Made by a program: the position numbers and the translations under genes. Of a stretch of 64,000 nt of DNA, positions 8,836 through 17,759 are shown in pieces (the first letter of the stretch is position 1; every line of letters begins with the position of its first letter). This DNA is from Candidatus Dormiibacterota bacterium (GTDB taxonomy: Bacteria > Chloroflexota > Dormibacteria > Aeolococcales > Bog-877). The DNA lies in contig DATLQZ010000005.1 of the NCBI GenBank assembly GCA_035534915.1, forward strand, positions 6,123 through 70,122. The letters run 5' to 3'. Under the pieces are notes generated by a model. That model did no database searches, was not told the DNA's origin, and saw nothing but the letters and a program-made list of their open reading frames with translations.

Positions 8836-9885
8836 ATGAGTGCCCTAGCCGCGGTCTCGCCCAAGGCCCTGCGCATCGGGACCTTGGTGCTGGACAACCC
8901 GATCTTCATAGCCCCAATGGCTGGGATCACCGACCGTCCGTTCCGGGACCTGGCTCGCGAGCTCGGTGCCGGACTTACCTGCACCGAGATGACGGCCGCA
9001 GCGGCGGTGGTGCGAGCGCCGGAGGACGCCCTCGACCGGATCATCGATCTGGGGTCTGGCGAGCACCCGGTGGCAGCCCAGTTGGTCGGGTGCGATCCCC
9101 AGATGATGGCTGACGCAGCCCAGATCTGCGTCGAGCGCGGCGCCGACATAGTGGACGTCAACCTGGGCTGCCCGGTCCCCAAGGTGGTGCGGCTAGGGTC
9201 GGGAGCCGCCCTCGCACGTGAGATAGGCGAGACTGCCCGCGTTCTGGAGGCAATGGTCCGGGCGGTCCCGGTCCCGGTGACCGCAAAGATGCGTCTGGGA
9301 TGGGACAGTGGCACCATCAATGCCCCCGAACTCTGCCGCGCTCTGGAGGGGGTTGGCGTCGCCGCTGTGACCATCCATGGCCGCACCAGGGCCCAGCGTT
9401 ACATGGGATTCGCGGACTGGGAGCAGATTGCCAGAGTGAAGGAGGCGGTGGACCATATCCCGGTCCTGGGTTCCGGCGATGTGCGGAGCCCTGCGCTTGT
9501 GGAAGGCCGAATTAGACAGGGGGTGGTGGACGGGGTCGTCATCGCGAGGGGAATGCTGGGCGACTGGAACCTACTGCAGCAGACGGTCCACCAACTGAAC
9601 TTCGGAAACCCTGGCCCCGAACCCACCTTCGAGGAGCGGCTAGAGCTGGCACGCCGCCACTGGATTGCCGTCGTCGAGCACCACGGGGAGCGCCGTGGGG
9701 TACGTCTCTCCCGCAAATTCGTGGTGTGGGCGGTCAAGGGGTGCAGCGGGGCGGCGCGCCTGCGGGCGAGGGTCGCGGACCTCTACACCTTAGCTGACCT
9801 GGAGGAACTCTTCGAGGAAGTTCGAGCGGCCGGCGAAGCACCGGAGGGTTGGCACCGGCCCGACTTCACCTCCGGGGAGGGGTGA
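8836..9885 (+). CDS. dus: tRNA-dihydrouridine synthase
   Basis: 349-aa ORF. IFIAPMAGITDRPFR, VDVNLGCPVPKV and TAKMRLGWD are Dus family motifs. Confidence 0.9.
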   Translation: MSALAAVSPKALRIGTLVLDNPIFIAPMAGITDRPFRDLARELGAGLTCTEMTAAAAVVRAPEDALDRIIDLGSGEHPVAAQLVGCDPQMMADAAQICVERGADIVDVNLGCPVPKVVRLGSGAALAREIGETARVLEAMVRAVPVPVTAKMRLGWDSGTINAPELCRALEGVGVAAVTIHGRTRAQRYMGFADWEQIARVKEAVDHIPVLGSGDVRSPALVEGRIRQGVVDGVVIARGMLGDWNLLQQTVHQLNFGNPGPEPTFEERLELARRHWIAVVEHHGERRGVRLSRKFVVWAVKGCSGAARLRARVADLYTLADLEELFEEVRAAGEAPEGWHRPDFTSGEG

Positions 9886-9892
9886 TCAGGGA

Positions 9893-10276
9893 ATGACGGC
9901 TGGCAAACGACACCTGGTGTGTCCCTACGGCTGCCAACCGGGTCGTTTCGAGCTGATCGGAGGGGCGGTGTATGTGGACTCCAGAGGCTCATACCTCAGC
10001 CATGAGGAGCGTCTGGCATCCTTTCGCTGCGATAGCTGCGGAGCGGTGGCGGTCGACCTGGCAGCCGCGGCCGCCGCTCGGGCGAGGGACGGCTCGACAG
10101 CACAGGAGGCGACCCTGAAGTGCCCGGCTTGTGGCGCCCGTCTGCTTCCCCCGAACGACCTCGAGCCTACCTCCCAACTGGAATGCCCCGGGTGTGCCAC
10201 CGTCTTCTCGGTGGAGGAGGGGAGCCCCCATCTGCTGGGGGACTTCAGCGAGGACCCGGAGGAGTTGGAGGAATAG
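9893..10276 (+). CDS. hypothetical zinc-ribbon protein (four Cys pairs, acidic tail)
   Basis: 127-aa ORF starting 8 nt after dus. Cys pairs CPYGC, CDSC, CPAC and CPGC. C-terminus DFSEDPEELEE. Confidence 0.55.
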   Translation: MTAGKRHLVCPYGCQPGRFELIGGAVYVDSRGSYLSHEERLASFRCDSCGAVAVDLAAAAAARARDGSTAQEATLKCPACGARLLPPNDLEPTSQLECPGCATVFSVEEGSPHLLGDFSEDPEELEE

Positions 10277-10297
10277 TAGCCGGGGCCACTCCTCCTT

Positions 10298-10322
10298 CCG
10301 TCGGGTGCTCAGCGCCCGACGG
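10298..10322. terminator. 8-bp GC hairpin between convergent genes
   Basis: CCGTCGGG-N9-CCCGACGG lies between the stop at 10276 (+) and the stop at 10362 (-). No clear T-run on either side. Confidence 0.35.
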
Positions 10323-10361
10323 ACACTTGGGTCTCGTTTCCGAGAGTGCCGACGCTGGAGT

Positions 10362-12326
10362 TCAGCTGGTCGCTGACCCCCGTGCCTCGGTCCCCCCCTT
10401 CAGAGTGCGCTCCACCTCGGCTGCCAGCTCCGGGCTCCCGTGGAACGGACACTGGGCACCCGTTTCGACGACCGCTGCAGGGTCCGCGTCGGCGACTCCT
10501 GGCGACACGGCGGAGAAGCCTGGGGTGGTTCCCTCGTCGCGGGGCCGGAGCCGTGCGATTGTGGGGGACGCCTCGCGGGGGATGTAACGCCCACCCTCGC
10601 CACCGGACGCATAGGTCAACAGCGCCCGGTCTACCTCACCGCCTCCATCCGACGTCTCATCGAAGCCGCCTGCGGCCACCGGCAGCAGTGCCTCGCCATC
10701 TCCATCCATCAGCGGCGTGCGGTGAGGCTGCGCGTTCGCAGATCGGCCCAACTCCGGCTCGATGAGGGGAGCTGCGATCTGAAGGGTCACCACCGACAGA
10801 CGCCTGGTGCGGGCCACCTTCTCCACCTTGGCCTTGATCCGACGGCGAAGATAGCCGGCGGGCATCTCGTGCAGCAGGTTGCGAGCGTCGGTGGACCACC
10901 CGATCTTGTGGTTGTCAAAGGTCACCTCCTCGGTGACCTCACCCTCCTCATCGGCAGCTCGAAGCATGCTCTCGTGATCCACCTTCGAGAACTGCTCCGG
11001 GGCGCCACCGCAGACCGGACAAGCGACCGGCCGGACCCCTCGGGCGGTGTAGCCGCACTCCCGGCAGATGTGGACCTCTCTCTCCGAGATCACCTCCGCC
11101 TGCGCCTCGCGCTTGATCCCAATCGCGGACGAAGCCTCGGGCGGCAGGATGTCGCCAAGGGCCGCAGTCACCAGATCCTGCGAGATGATCGAGTGACCGC
11201 GCTCCATCGCCCACCGCAGAACGGCGGTCCTGGCCAGTCCCTGCGCCGAGCACGGGATCCGATCCAGCACCTCCTTCGACTCCGGCGTCCACACCACCGA
11301 GGCGGCGCCCCGCACATCAATCGGGGGAACGTACGTCCGAGACGAGAGCATGACGCTGCAGGGGGCGAGCCGGAGCAGGTTCTCGCTGTTCCCTCCGATG
11401 TCCATCCCCTGCTCCGAGTGCACCCCGATCCGTCCGCAGACCAGCAGGGAGGCGTCCTTCTCCCGGACGTAGCGCAGAACCTGCTCGAATGCCTTGCCGT
11501 CGAGGAGGGTGATCGGCAGGTCATAGCCCTCCGCCCTGGCGACCTCCTTGGCGACCTTCAGGTGGGATGAGTAGATCATCGCCAGGCCGGTGTCGATGAT
11601 CTCCTCGTGCAGCGCCTCCTGCTCTTTGAAGCGGAAGACCTTGCTCGCCTTCTCCGAGAGGACGCCGACGATGCCATTGAACAGGACATAGTGCAGGTAG
11701 GGGTCGTAGACGGATACCGCCTCCACGGGGAGGTCCAGCGCGCGACCCATCTCCAAAGCGGAGCGCAGGCCCGCGAATGATTGCGGAGAGCCGTCGATCG
11801 CCACCACTATCGGCCCCGAAAGTGGCTCCCTCCCCTCCCTGTGACGCACCACGATGGTGTCCTTATGGGCCCTTCGTATCACCCGGTCCACGCAGGTCCC
11901 GATCTGAGTCTCCTTCACCTGGCCCAGCCCGCACGCGCCCATCAGAACCAGGTCGTAGTCGGAGTCCTCTATGTCCTGGACCAAGACCTCCCAGTTCTTG
12001 CCGTCAAAGGTCTTGGAAGTGAACTCCACCCCCTCCTCGAGGCACCGCTTCTGAGTCGCCTCGAGGTACGAGTCGGAGATGAGACCGAGCCCGGTGGTGA
12101 TCAGGCTGTCGTGGATCTTGCGCTGGCGTTCCAGCTCGACCTCGTCCTGATACTCCTCCGGGAGGGTGTACTCCATCTGCTTGAAGCGGTAGTCATGCAG
12201 CCTGGCGGCGTAGACGTGGCTGCCTACAATCTCGGCTCCGGTGGCCTTCGCGAGCCTGATGGCGACCTCGGATGCTGCCGTCGAGTGATCGGAGTTGTCC
12301 AGCGGGAGGTAGAGCTTGCGATACAT
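10362..12326 (-). CDS. multidomain protein: tandem universal-stress (USP) domains + PCP_red-like domain + rubredoxin-type Zn/Fe ribbon + second PCP_red-like domain + disordered tail
   Basis: 654-aa ORF with two USP-like halves (LPLDNSDHS...VLMGACG and VVAIDGSPQS...LLVCGRIG). Two protochlorophyllide-reductase-C-terminal-like segments (VWTPESKEVLDRIP...LARTAVLRWAMERG and IGWSTDARNLLHEMPAGYLRRRIKAKVEKVAR) flank HICRECGY...CPVCGG. Confidence 0.75.
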   Translation of the reverse strand: MYRKLYLPLDNSDHSTAASEVAIRLAKATGAEIVGSHVYAARLHDYRFKQMEYTLPEEYQDEVELERQRKIHDSLITTGLGLISDSYLEATQKRCLEEGVEFTSKTFDGKNWEVLVQDIEDSDYDLVLMGACGLGQVKETQIGTCVDRVIRRAHKDTIVVRHREGREPLSGPIVVAIDGSPQSFAGLRSALEMGRALDLPVEAVSVYDPYLHYVLFNGIVGVLSEKASKVFRFKEQEALHEEIIDTGLAMIYSSHLKVAKEVARAEGYDLPITLLDGKAFEQVLRYVREKDASLLVCGRIGVHSEQGMDIGGNSENLLRLAPCSVMLSSRTYVPPIDVRGAASVVWTPESKEVLDRIPCSAQGLARTAVLRWAMERGHSIISQDLVTAALGDILPPEASSAIGIKREAQAEVISEREVHICRECGYTARGVRPVACPVCGGAPEQFSKVDHESMLRAADEEGEVTEEVTFDNHKIGWSTDARNLLHEMPAGYLRRRIKAKVEKVARTRRLSVVTLQIAAPLIEPELGRSANAQPHRTPLMDGDGEALLPVAAGGFDETSDGGGEVDRALLTYASGGEGGRYIPREASPTIARLRPRDEGTTPGFSAVSPGVADADPAAVVETGAQCPFHGSPELAAEVERTLKGGTEARGSATS

Positions 12327-12378
12327 CTCAGTTCCGTTGTTCGGATAGTCGGGTCAAGCTGATGCTAGCAACCCGGGC

Positions 12379-13854
12379 TCACCTCAAGGAGCTTGGAGTG
12401 GGCGGCAGCCCCTTGGATTCCCCGGCGATCCAGCCGCGCCGCCGCCGGATCAGGGTCGCTGCTCGCCGCAGTGCGGATGCGGTTGCCCGAGGGCCCGGCG
12501 CACCCGGCTGCTCACGCCGCGCCAGCGACCGGCGCGGGTCAAAGAGCCCCGATTCCTCCGGATCGATTGGCAGTCCGATCTCGCGCCATTGCTCCCGCAC
12601 CAGACGGTCGAGCCTCAGGTTGAGCTCCTCCGCGCGTCGGACGGCCGCTCCCACCTTCTCATGAGCCTGCCGAAACGGGACACCGGCCGCCACGAGCTGC
12701 TCGGCGAGGTCGGTGGCCAGAAGCTCGGGGTCGGAGGCCGCTGAGGCCATCCGTCGGCGCGAGAACTGGATCTCCCCTAGCAGCCCGACGAGGGCTCCCA
12801 TGCTGGCTCGGGTGACCTCCACCGCCGAGAAAAGGTGCCGCTTGTCCTCTTGGAGGTCTCGGTTGTAGCTGAGCGGCAATCCCTTCAGAAGGGCGAGCAG
12901 CCCCACCAGGGAAGCCAGCGGCACCGACGCTCGGCCTCTCACCAACTCCAAGATGTCAGGGTTCTTCTTCTGGGGCATGAGGCTGGACCCGGTGGCCCAG
13001 GAGTCAGGCAGAGTCACAAAGGAGAACTCTCGTGTGTTCCAAATGATGAGGTCCTCCGCCAGTCGCGACAGATGGACAGCCAGCAGGGCGCAGCAGAATG
13101 TGAGCTCGGCGGCGAAATCCCGGTCCGAGACCGCATCCATGCTGTTGCCGGATACCGCGGAGAAACCCAGCTCCTCGGCGGGCCCTCTGCGGTCGATCCC
13201 CAGGGTCGTTCCGGCCAGCGCCCCGGCCCCCAAGGGGGAGCTGTCAGCGCGGCGGTGGCAGTCGCTGAGGCGGTCGGCATCCCGGCTCAACATCTCCAGA
13301 TATGCCAAAAGGTGATGCCCCAGGGTGACCGGCTGGGCCCGCTGCAAATGGGTGTAGCCGGGAAGCAGCGTTCTCCGCTCCTGGCGCGCCCTGCTCAGCA
13401 GGACCTCCTGCAGGTCGATCACGCCCTCCGCCAGCCGCAGGCATGCCGTCCGGGTCCACAGGCGCAGGTCCAGTGCCACCTGGTCGTTGCGGCTCCGGCC
13501 GGTGTGCAACCGTGCCCCGGGCTCGCCCACCAGCTCGGTGAGCCGCCGCTCCACCGCCATGTGGATGTCCTCGTCCGAGGCTAGGTAGTCAAAGGAGTCG
13601 TCGTTGAGCTCGGCCGCGACCTGGGCCAGGCCGCGCAGCAAGGCCTCCTTGGTCGCGTCGTCAATCAGGCCGGCGCGGTGAAGTGCGTTGGCGTGCGCCA
13701 ACGAACCATGGATGTCCTGACCTGCCAGTTGGCGATCCCACTCGAGCGAACTCGTATACCCCTCAAGGGTGGGGTTGCTGTCAGCTGCCAGCCGACCACT
13801 CCACGCCTTCGCCGCCCGCCGGGGCCTGCCCCCAAGATCAGCGTCCGCTGTCAT
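12379..13854 (-). CDS. argH: argininosuccinate lyase
   Basis: WSGRL..., GYTHLQRAQPVTLGHH and GSSLMPQKKNPD motifs. ATG at 13854 is preferred over the TTG at 13890. Confidence 0.95.
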   Translation of the reverse strand: MTADADLGGRPRRAAKAWSGRLAADSNPTLEGYTSSLEWDRQLAGQDIHGSLAHANALHRAGLIDDATKEALLRGLAQVAAELNDDSFDYLASDEDIHMAVERRLTELVGEPGARLHTGRSRNDQVALDLRLWTRTACLRLAEGVIDLQEVLLSRARQERRTLLPGYTHLQRAQPVTLGHHLLAYLEMLSRDADRLSDCHRRADSSPLGAGALAGTTLGIDRRGPAEELGFSAVSGNSMDAVSDRDFAAELTFCCALLAVHLSRLAEDLIIWNTREFSFVTLPDSWATGSSLMPQKKNPDILELVRGRASVPLASLVGLLALLKGLPLSYNRDLQEDKRHLFSAVEVTRASMGALVGLLGEIQFSRRRMASAASDPELLATDLAEQLVAAGVPFRQAHEKVGAAVRRAEELNLRLDRLVREQWREIGLPIDPEESGLFDPRRSLARREQPGAPGPRATASALRRAATLIRRRRGWIAGESKGLPPTPSSLR

Positions 13855-15139
13855 CGCCCGGGGCCGAAGCCTTTGAGCCCGCCCCCGCAATCCCTCGTGG
13901 GACCGACTGCAAAAGCGGCTTCGCCTCCTCCCAGAGGTTGCCCTGGATAGCTGCCTGGGTCCTGAGTGGCAGGCCGAAGATGTTCAGGAAGCCCTCTGCC
14001 GATTGGTGCCGGAAGCGATCCTCGGCGCGTTCATAGGTGGCCAGCTCCCGGCGGTAGAGAGAGCTGGGGCTGCTCCGGCCCAACAGGCTGACGGCCCCCT
14101 GTCGAAGTTGAAGTCGTACATCCCCGGTTACGAAGTGCTGGGTCGAGGCGACGAAGGCGTGCAGGCTCTGCCGCAGCGCTGAGAACCAGAGCCCATCGTA
14201 GGTGAGCTGCGCCCACTCGTCCGAGACCTGCCGCTTGAATCGCAGGACATCCCGGGAGAGGGTCAGTGACTCGACGGCCCGGTGGGCCGTGTCAAGGATC
14301 AACGCCGCGGGCGCTTCATAGACCTCCCGGGACTTGATGCCGACCAAGCGGTCCTCGACGTGGTCGATGCGCCCCACCCCGTGCTCTCCTCCCAAGCGGT
14401 TCAGCTCGACCACTAGGTCCACCGGCGAGAGCTCCTGGCCGTCAATTCGGGTTGGGATCCCCTGCTCAAAGTGGACTTCGATGATGGCACCCTGCGCAGG
14501 AGCCTGCGCAGCAGGAGCGGTCCACTCGAAGGCATCCGCCGGCGGCTCCCGCCAGGGGTCCTCGAGGATCCCGGTCTCAACGCTTCTTCCCCACAGGTTG
14601 GCGTCTACGCTGTACGGGCTTTCCTTGGTCGCCTTCACCTCGAGCCCGTACTGGTGGGCGTAGGCGATCTCTTCGCTTCTGCCCATGCTCCACTCCCTCA
14701 CCGGGGCGACCACCTGTAAAGCGGGGGCCAGCGCCCCCACCGCCACGTCGAAGCGGACTTGGTCGTTGCCCTTGGCGGTGCAGCCATGGGCCACGGCCGA
14801 TGCCCCGGTCTCGCGAGCTACCTCAACCAGCAGGCGCGCGATCAGCGGACGCCCCAAGGCGGTGGCAAGCGGATACACCCCCTGGTAGAGCGCCCCCGCC
14901 TGCAGGGAGACGAAGGCGAAGTCGGTCAGAAATATCTGCTTGGCGTCAACCACGTGAGCCGCCACCGCTCCTGCCCTCAATGCGCGCCGCTGGAGCTCCT
15001 CCGGGTCTGAGGTCTCGCCCAGATCCGCTGACAGCGTGATCACCTCGAAGCCACGCTCATGGGTCAGCCAGTGCACCGCGACCGTGGTGTCGAGACCTCC
15101 CGAGAAGGCCAGGACGCAGCGCTGCCGATCTTCACTCAC
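13838..15139 (-). CDS. argG: argininosuccinate synthase
   Basis: 433-aa ORF. VLAFSGGLDTTVA (N-type ATP pyrophosphatase motif) and GCTAKGNDQVRF. Confidence 0.95.
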   Translation of the reverse strand: MSEDRQRCVLAFSGGLDTTVAVHWLTHERGFEVITLSADLGETSDPEELQRRALRAGAVAAHVVDAKQIFLTDFAFVSLQAGALYQGVYPLATALGRPLIARLLVEVARETGASAVAHGCTAKGNDQVRFDVAVGALAPALQVVAPVREWSMGRSEEIAYAHQYGLEVKATKESPYSVDANLWGRSVETGILEDPWREPPADAFEWTAPAAQAPAQGAIIEVHFEQGIPTRIDGQELSPVDLVVELNRLGGEHGVGRIDHVEDRLVGIKSREVYEAPAALILDTAHRAVESLTLSRDVLRFKRQVSDEWAQLTYDGLWFSALRQSLHAFVASTQHFVTGDVRLQLRQGAVSLLGRSSPSSLYRRELATYERAEDRFRHQSAEGFLNIFGLPLRTQAAIQGNLWEEAKPLLQSVPRGIAGAGSKASAPGDDSGR

Positions 15140-15653
15140 CGTTCAAGACCTCCCCGTTGCTGGAACCCGTCGACCCGCCCCAGATGGAATCGGGCGTGCG
15201 TCGGATGTTGTCGAGCAGTTGGACCACCCGCCGGGCTCCGGCGGTTGATCGCGCCTGTATGAAGATGGTGTCATCGCCGGCCACCGTTCCTGCGACCCCG
15301 GCCAGTCCGAGGGAGTCAACCGCCGCCGCCACCACCTGGGCCGCTCCGACCGGCGTGTGCACGACGACCATGAGACCGACCCGCTCTAGCGTCTCCAGCT
15401 CGCTGCGGATTATCTGGGCAGCCCGCTGTCTAGGATCCGAAGGTTTGGCGGGAGGGAGGTAGCGCCTCCCTCCCGAACCGGTCACTCGCGCGACCCCGAG
15501 CTGCTGCAGGTCACGGCTTATTGTCGCCTGATCCGCCTCGATCTGGCGTCGGTGCAGCTCCTGCGCCAACTGCTCCTGAGTCTCGACACGTTGCTCGCGG
15601 AGCAGGTCCAGAATCGCAGCCTGGCGCTCGCGCTTCGCCATCGCCGCCGTCAC
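15132..15653 (-). CDS. argR: arginine repressor
   Basis: KRERQAAILDLLREQRVETQEQLAQEL...ATISRDLQQLG winged helix plus a C-terminal oligomerisation domain (GTVAGDDTIF). Start is either GTG 15653 or ATG 15641. Confidence 0.9.
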   Translation of the reverse strand: MTAAMAKRERQAAILDLLREQRVETQEQLAQELHRRQIEADQATISRDLQQLGVARVTGSGGRRYLPPAKPSDPRQRAAQIIRSELETLERVGLMVVVHTPVGAAQVVAAAVDSLGLAGVAGTVAGDDTIFIQARSTAGARRVVQLLDNIRRTPDSIWGGSTGSSNGEVLNGE

Positions 15654-16858
15654 GCCGTCGCCACGGCGGTCGTGAGACTCCGGCGGATCCCCTGCACGGC
15701 CTGCTCTATCTCATCATCCGATATGAGCAGCGACGGCGCCAGCCGGATGGTCTGCGCTCCCACCGGATTGACCAGGAGTCCCTCCTCCAGCGCCGCCCGG
15801 CCGACTTCGACGGCAATCGGCCGTTCCAGAGCCACTCCCAGAAGCAGCCCTCGGCCCCGCACCTCCACGACCGGAAGTCCCTCAAGCCGCAGGCCGAGGA
15901 TCGCCTCTTTGAGTTGGTCTCCCGCCGTGGCCGCCCGCTCCCAAAGGCGGTGGCGCTGAATTACCCCGAAGACCGCGACCCCCGCCGCCGCGGCCACCGG
16001 ATTGCCGCCAAAGGTGCTCCCGTGGTCGCCTGGCTCAAGCACGTCCGCGATCTCGGAGACCAGCATGGCTCCGAGCGGCAGCCCTCCCCCCAGACCCTTG
16101 GCAGCGGTCATCACGTCCGGCCGGATGCCGGCTGCCTCATGCGCCCACATCGTGCCGGTCCGCCCCATCCCGGTCTGAATCTCATCGAGGATGAGCAGCG
16201 CCTGGTGGCGGTCGCAAAGCTCCCGCAGACCGCGGAGGTAATCGTCGGCAAGGGGGTGGACTCCGCTCTCCCCCTGCAACGGCTCGGCCAGCACCGCCAC
16301 CGCGCGGCGTTCGGGATCGGAAAGCGCCCGCTCCACGGCCCCCAGGTCCCCTCGGGGAACCTGCCGGAACCCCTCCGGAAGCGGTCGAAAAGGGTCGCTG
16401 TAGTGCGGGTTGCCGGTGGCCGCCAGCGTCGCCAGGGTGCGCCCGTGGAAAGCGCCCTCCAGGGTGACGATGGTGTGCGCCCCTTGTCGTCGCAGCTGGC
16501 CCCATTTGCGCGCCACCTTGATCGCCGCCTCGTTCGCCTCGGCGCCGCTGTTGCATAGGAACACGCGGCCGGGAAACGCCGATCCGATGAGCGCCTCCGC
16601 CAGCTCCAACTGCGGCTCGGTGTAGTAGAGGTTGCTGGTATGGCTGAGACGGCTCAACTGCGCGGTCGCTGCGGCAACCACCTCGGGGTGGCAGTGGCCG
16701 AGCACGTTGACGGCGATGCCCCCGACGAGGTCGAGCAGCCGCCTGCCGTCGTCGGTCTCCACGAAGCTGCCGCTACCGCGGACCAAGGTCACGGCTGACC
16801 GGCGGTAAGTGGAACAGAGGGCCGCGGCCTCCCGCTCTGCGACCGAGAGAGCGGTCAT
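15650..16858 (-). CDS. argD: acetylornithine aminotransferase
   Basis: Class III aminotransferase motifs (LCNSGAEANEAAIK, LILDEIQTGMGRTG, TAAKGLGGG). ATG at 16858 is preferred over the TTG at 16888. Confidence 0.95.
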   Translation of the reverse strand: MTALSVAEREAAALCSTYRRSAVTLVRGSGSFVETDDGRRLLDLVGGIAVNVLGHCHPEVVAAATAQLSRLSHTSNLYYTEPQLELAEALIGSAFPGRVFLCNSGAEANEAAIKVARKWGQLRRQGAHTIVTLEGAFHGRTLATLAATGNPHYSDPFRPLPEGFRQVPRGDLGAVERALSDPERRAVAVLAEPLQGESGVHPLADDYLRGLRELCDRHQALLILDEIQTGMGRTGTMWAHEAAGIRPDVMTAAKGLGGGLPLGAMLVSEIADVLEPGDHGSTFGGNPVAAAAGVAVFGVIQRHRLWERAATAGDQLKEAILGLRLEGLPVVEVRGRGLLLGVALERPIAVEVGRAALEEGLLVNPVGAQTIRLAPSLLISDDEIEQAVQGIRRSLTTAVATA

Positions 16859-16859
16859 G

Positions 16860-17759
16860 TCAGGCGGGCTCGGCCGGAGTCGGGTCAATCATCGTGCCAA
16901 CTCCCGCCTCGGTGAGAAGCTCCAACAGGATGGAGTGGGGCTCGCGCCCATCGATGATGTGCACGGCCACCCCACCGCGGGCGGCGGTGCAGGCTGCCTC
17001 CAACTTGGGAATCATCCCTTCGGTGGCCGTTCCGTCCCGGAGGAGCGCCTCGGCCCCTTCCGCAGACAGACGGCTGAGCAGCTCTCCATCGGCTCCTTGG
17101 ACTCCCACCACGTCGGTGAGAAGCAACAGCTTCGCCGCTCCCAGCTCCACCGCCAGAGCCCCCGCGACGGTATCGGCGTTGACGTTGTAGCTGAGTCCGT
17201 CGTAACCGAGGCCTACCGAGGCCATGACCGGGATCAAGCCACGCTCGGTGATCGCCAGAACCGGCTCCGGGTTCACCTCCTCGACCATCCCCACGAACCC
17301 CAGATCCTCTCCCATGGGTCCCAACTGACGCCGGACCAGGAGGGTCGGGCCATCCTCGCCGGACAACCCCATAGCACGGCCCCCTAGCCGATGGATGGCG
17401 GTCACCAGATCCGGCGTGATCTTGCCGGTAAGAACCATCTTGGCCACCTCCATCGTCCGCTCGTCTGTGACTCGAAGGCCGGCTATGAACTTGGTGTCCA
17501 GGCCGAGAGCGCCCGCCATCGCGGTGATCTCGTGGCCCCCTCCGTGCACCAAGACCGGCCGCAGACCGACGAAACGGAGCAGGACCAGGTCCTGAAGGAC
17601 GGTCTCACGGGCGGCCGGGTCCTCCATCGCATGACCGCCCAACTTCACGACCAAGAGCTGGCCGTGGAAGCGGCGGATGAATGGCAGAGCCTCGACGAGG
17701 ATCTGGGCCCGGAGGGCGGGGCTGACGGCCAAGGTGGGGTCAGGTGGAGTAGGCGGCAT
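16860..17759 (-). CDS. argB: acetylglutamate kinase
   Basis: 299-aa ORF. LVVKLGGHAM...VLVHGGG...NVNADT are amino-acid kinase motifs. Confidence 0.95.
   Translation of the reverse strand: MPPTPPDPTLAVSPALRAQILVEALPFIRRFHGQLLVVKLGGHAMEDPAARETVLQDLVLLRFVGLRPVLVHGGGHEITAMAGALGLDTKFIAGLRVTDERTMEVAKMVLTGKITPDLVTAIHRLGGRAMGLSGEDGPTLLVRRQLGPMGEDLGFVGMVEEVNPEPVLAITERGLIPVMASVGLGYDGLSYNVNADTVAGALAVELGAAKLLLLTDVVGVQGADGELLSRLSAEGAEALLRDGTATEGMIPKLEAACTAARGGVAVHIIDGREPHSILLELLTEAGVGTMIDPTPAEPA

Noticed and set aside
8691-9386. 5' extensions of track ORFs into neighbouring genes. Cases: coaX to 9386, helicase from 26006, DUF1028 from 35665, GNAT from 19905, birA to 52067, and the 96-aa ORF to 56516.
   Set aside because: The extended parts overlap other well-supported genes, carry no homology-like sequence, and internal starts match the conserved N-termini better.
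10440-11570. Long ORFs on the opposite strand or in alternate frames of confident genes. Examples: 10440-11570, 15521-16558, 28810-29667, 31596-32546, 33138-34061, 40281-41273, 57068-58141, 59522-60403 and 20927-21862.
   Set aside because: These are typical shadow ORFs of high-GC DNA. They have Arg/Pro/Gly/Ala-rich low-complexity translations and no motifs. Each fully overlaps a gene with strong family signatures.
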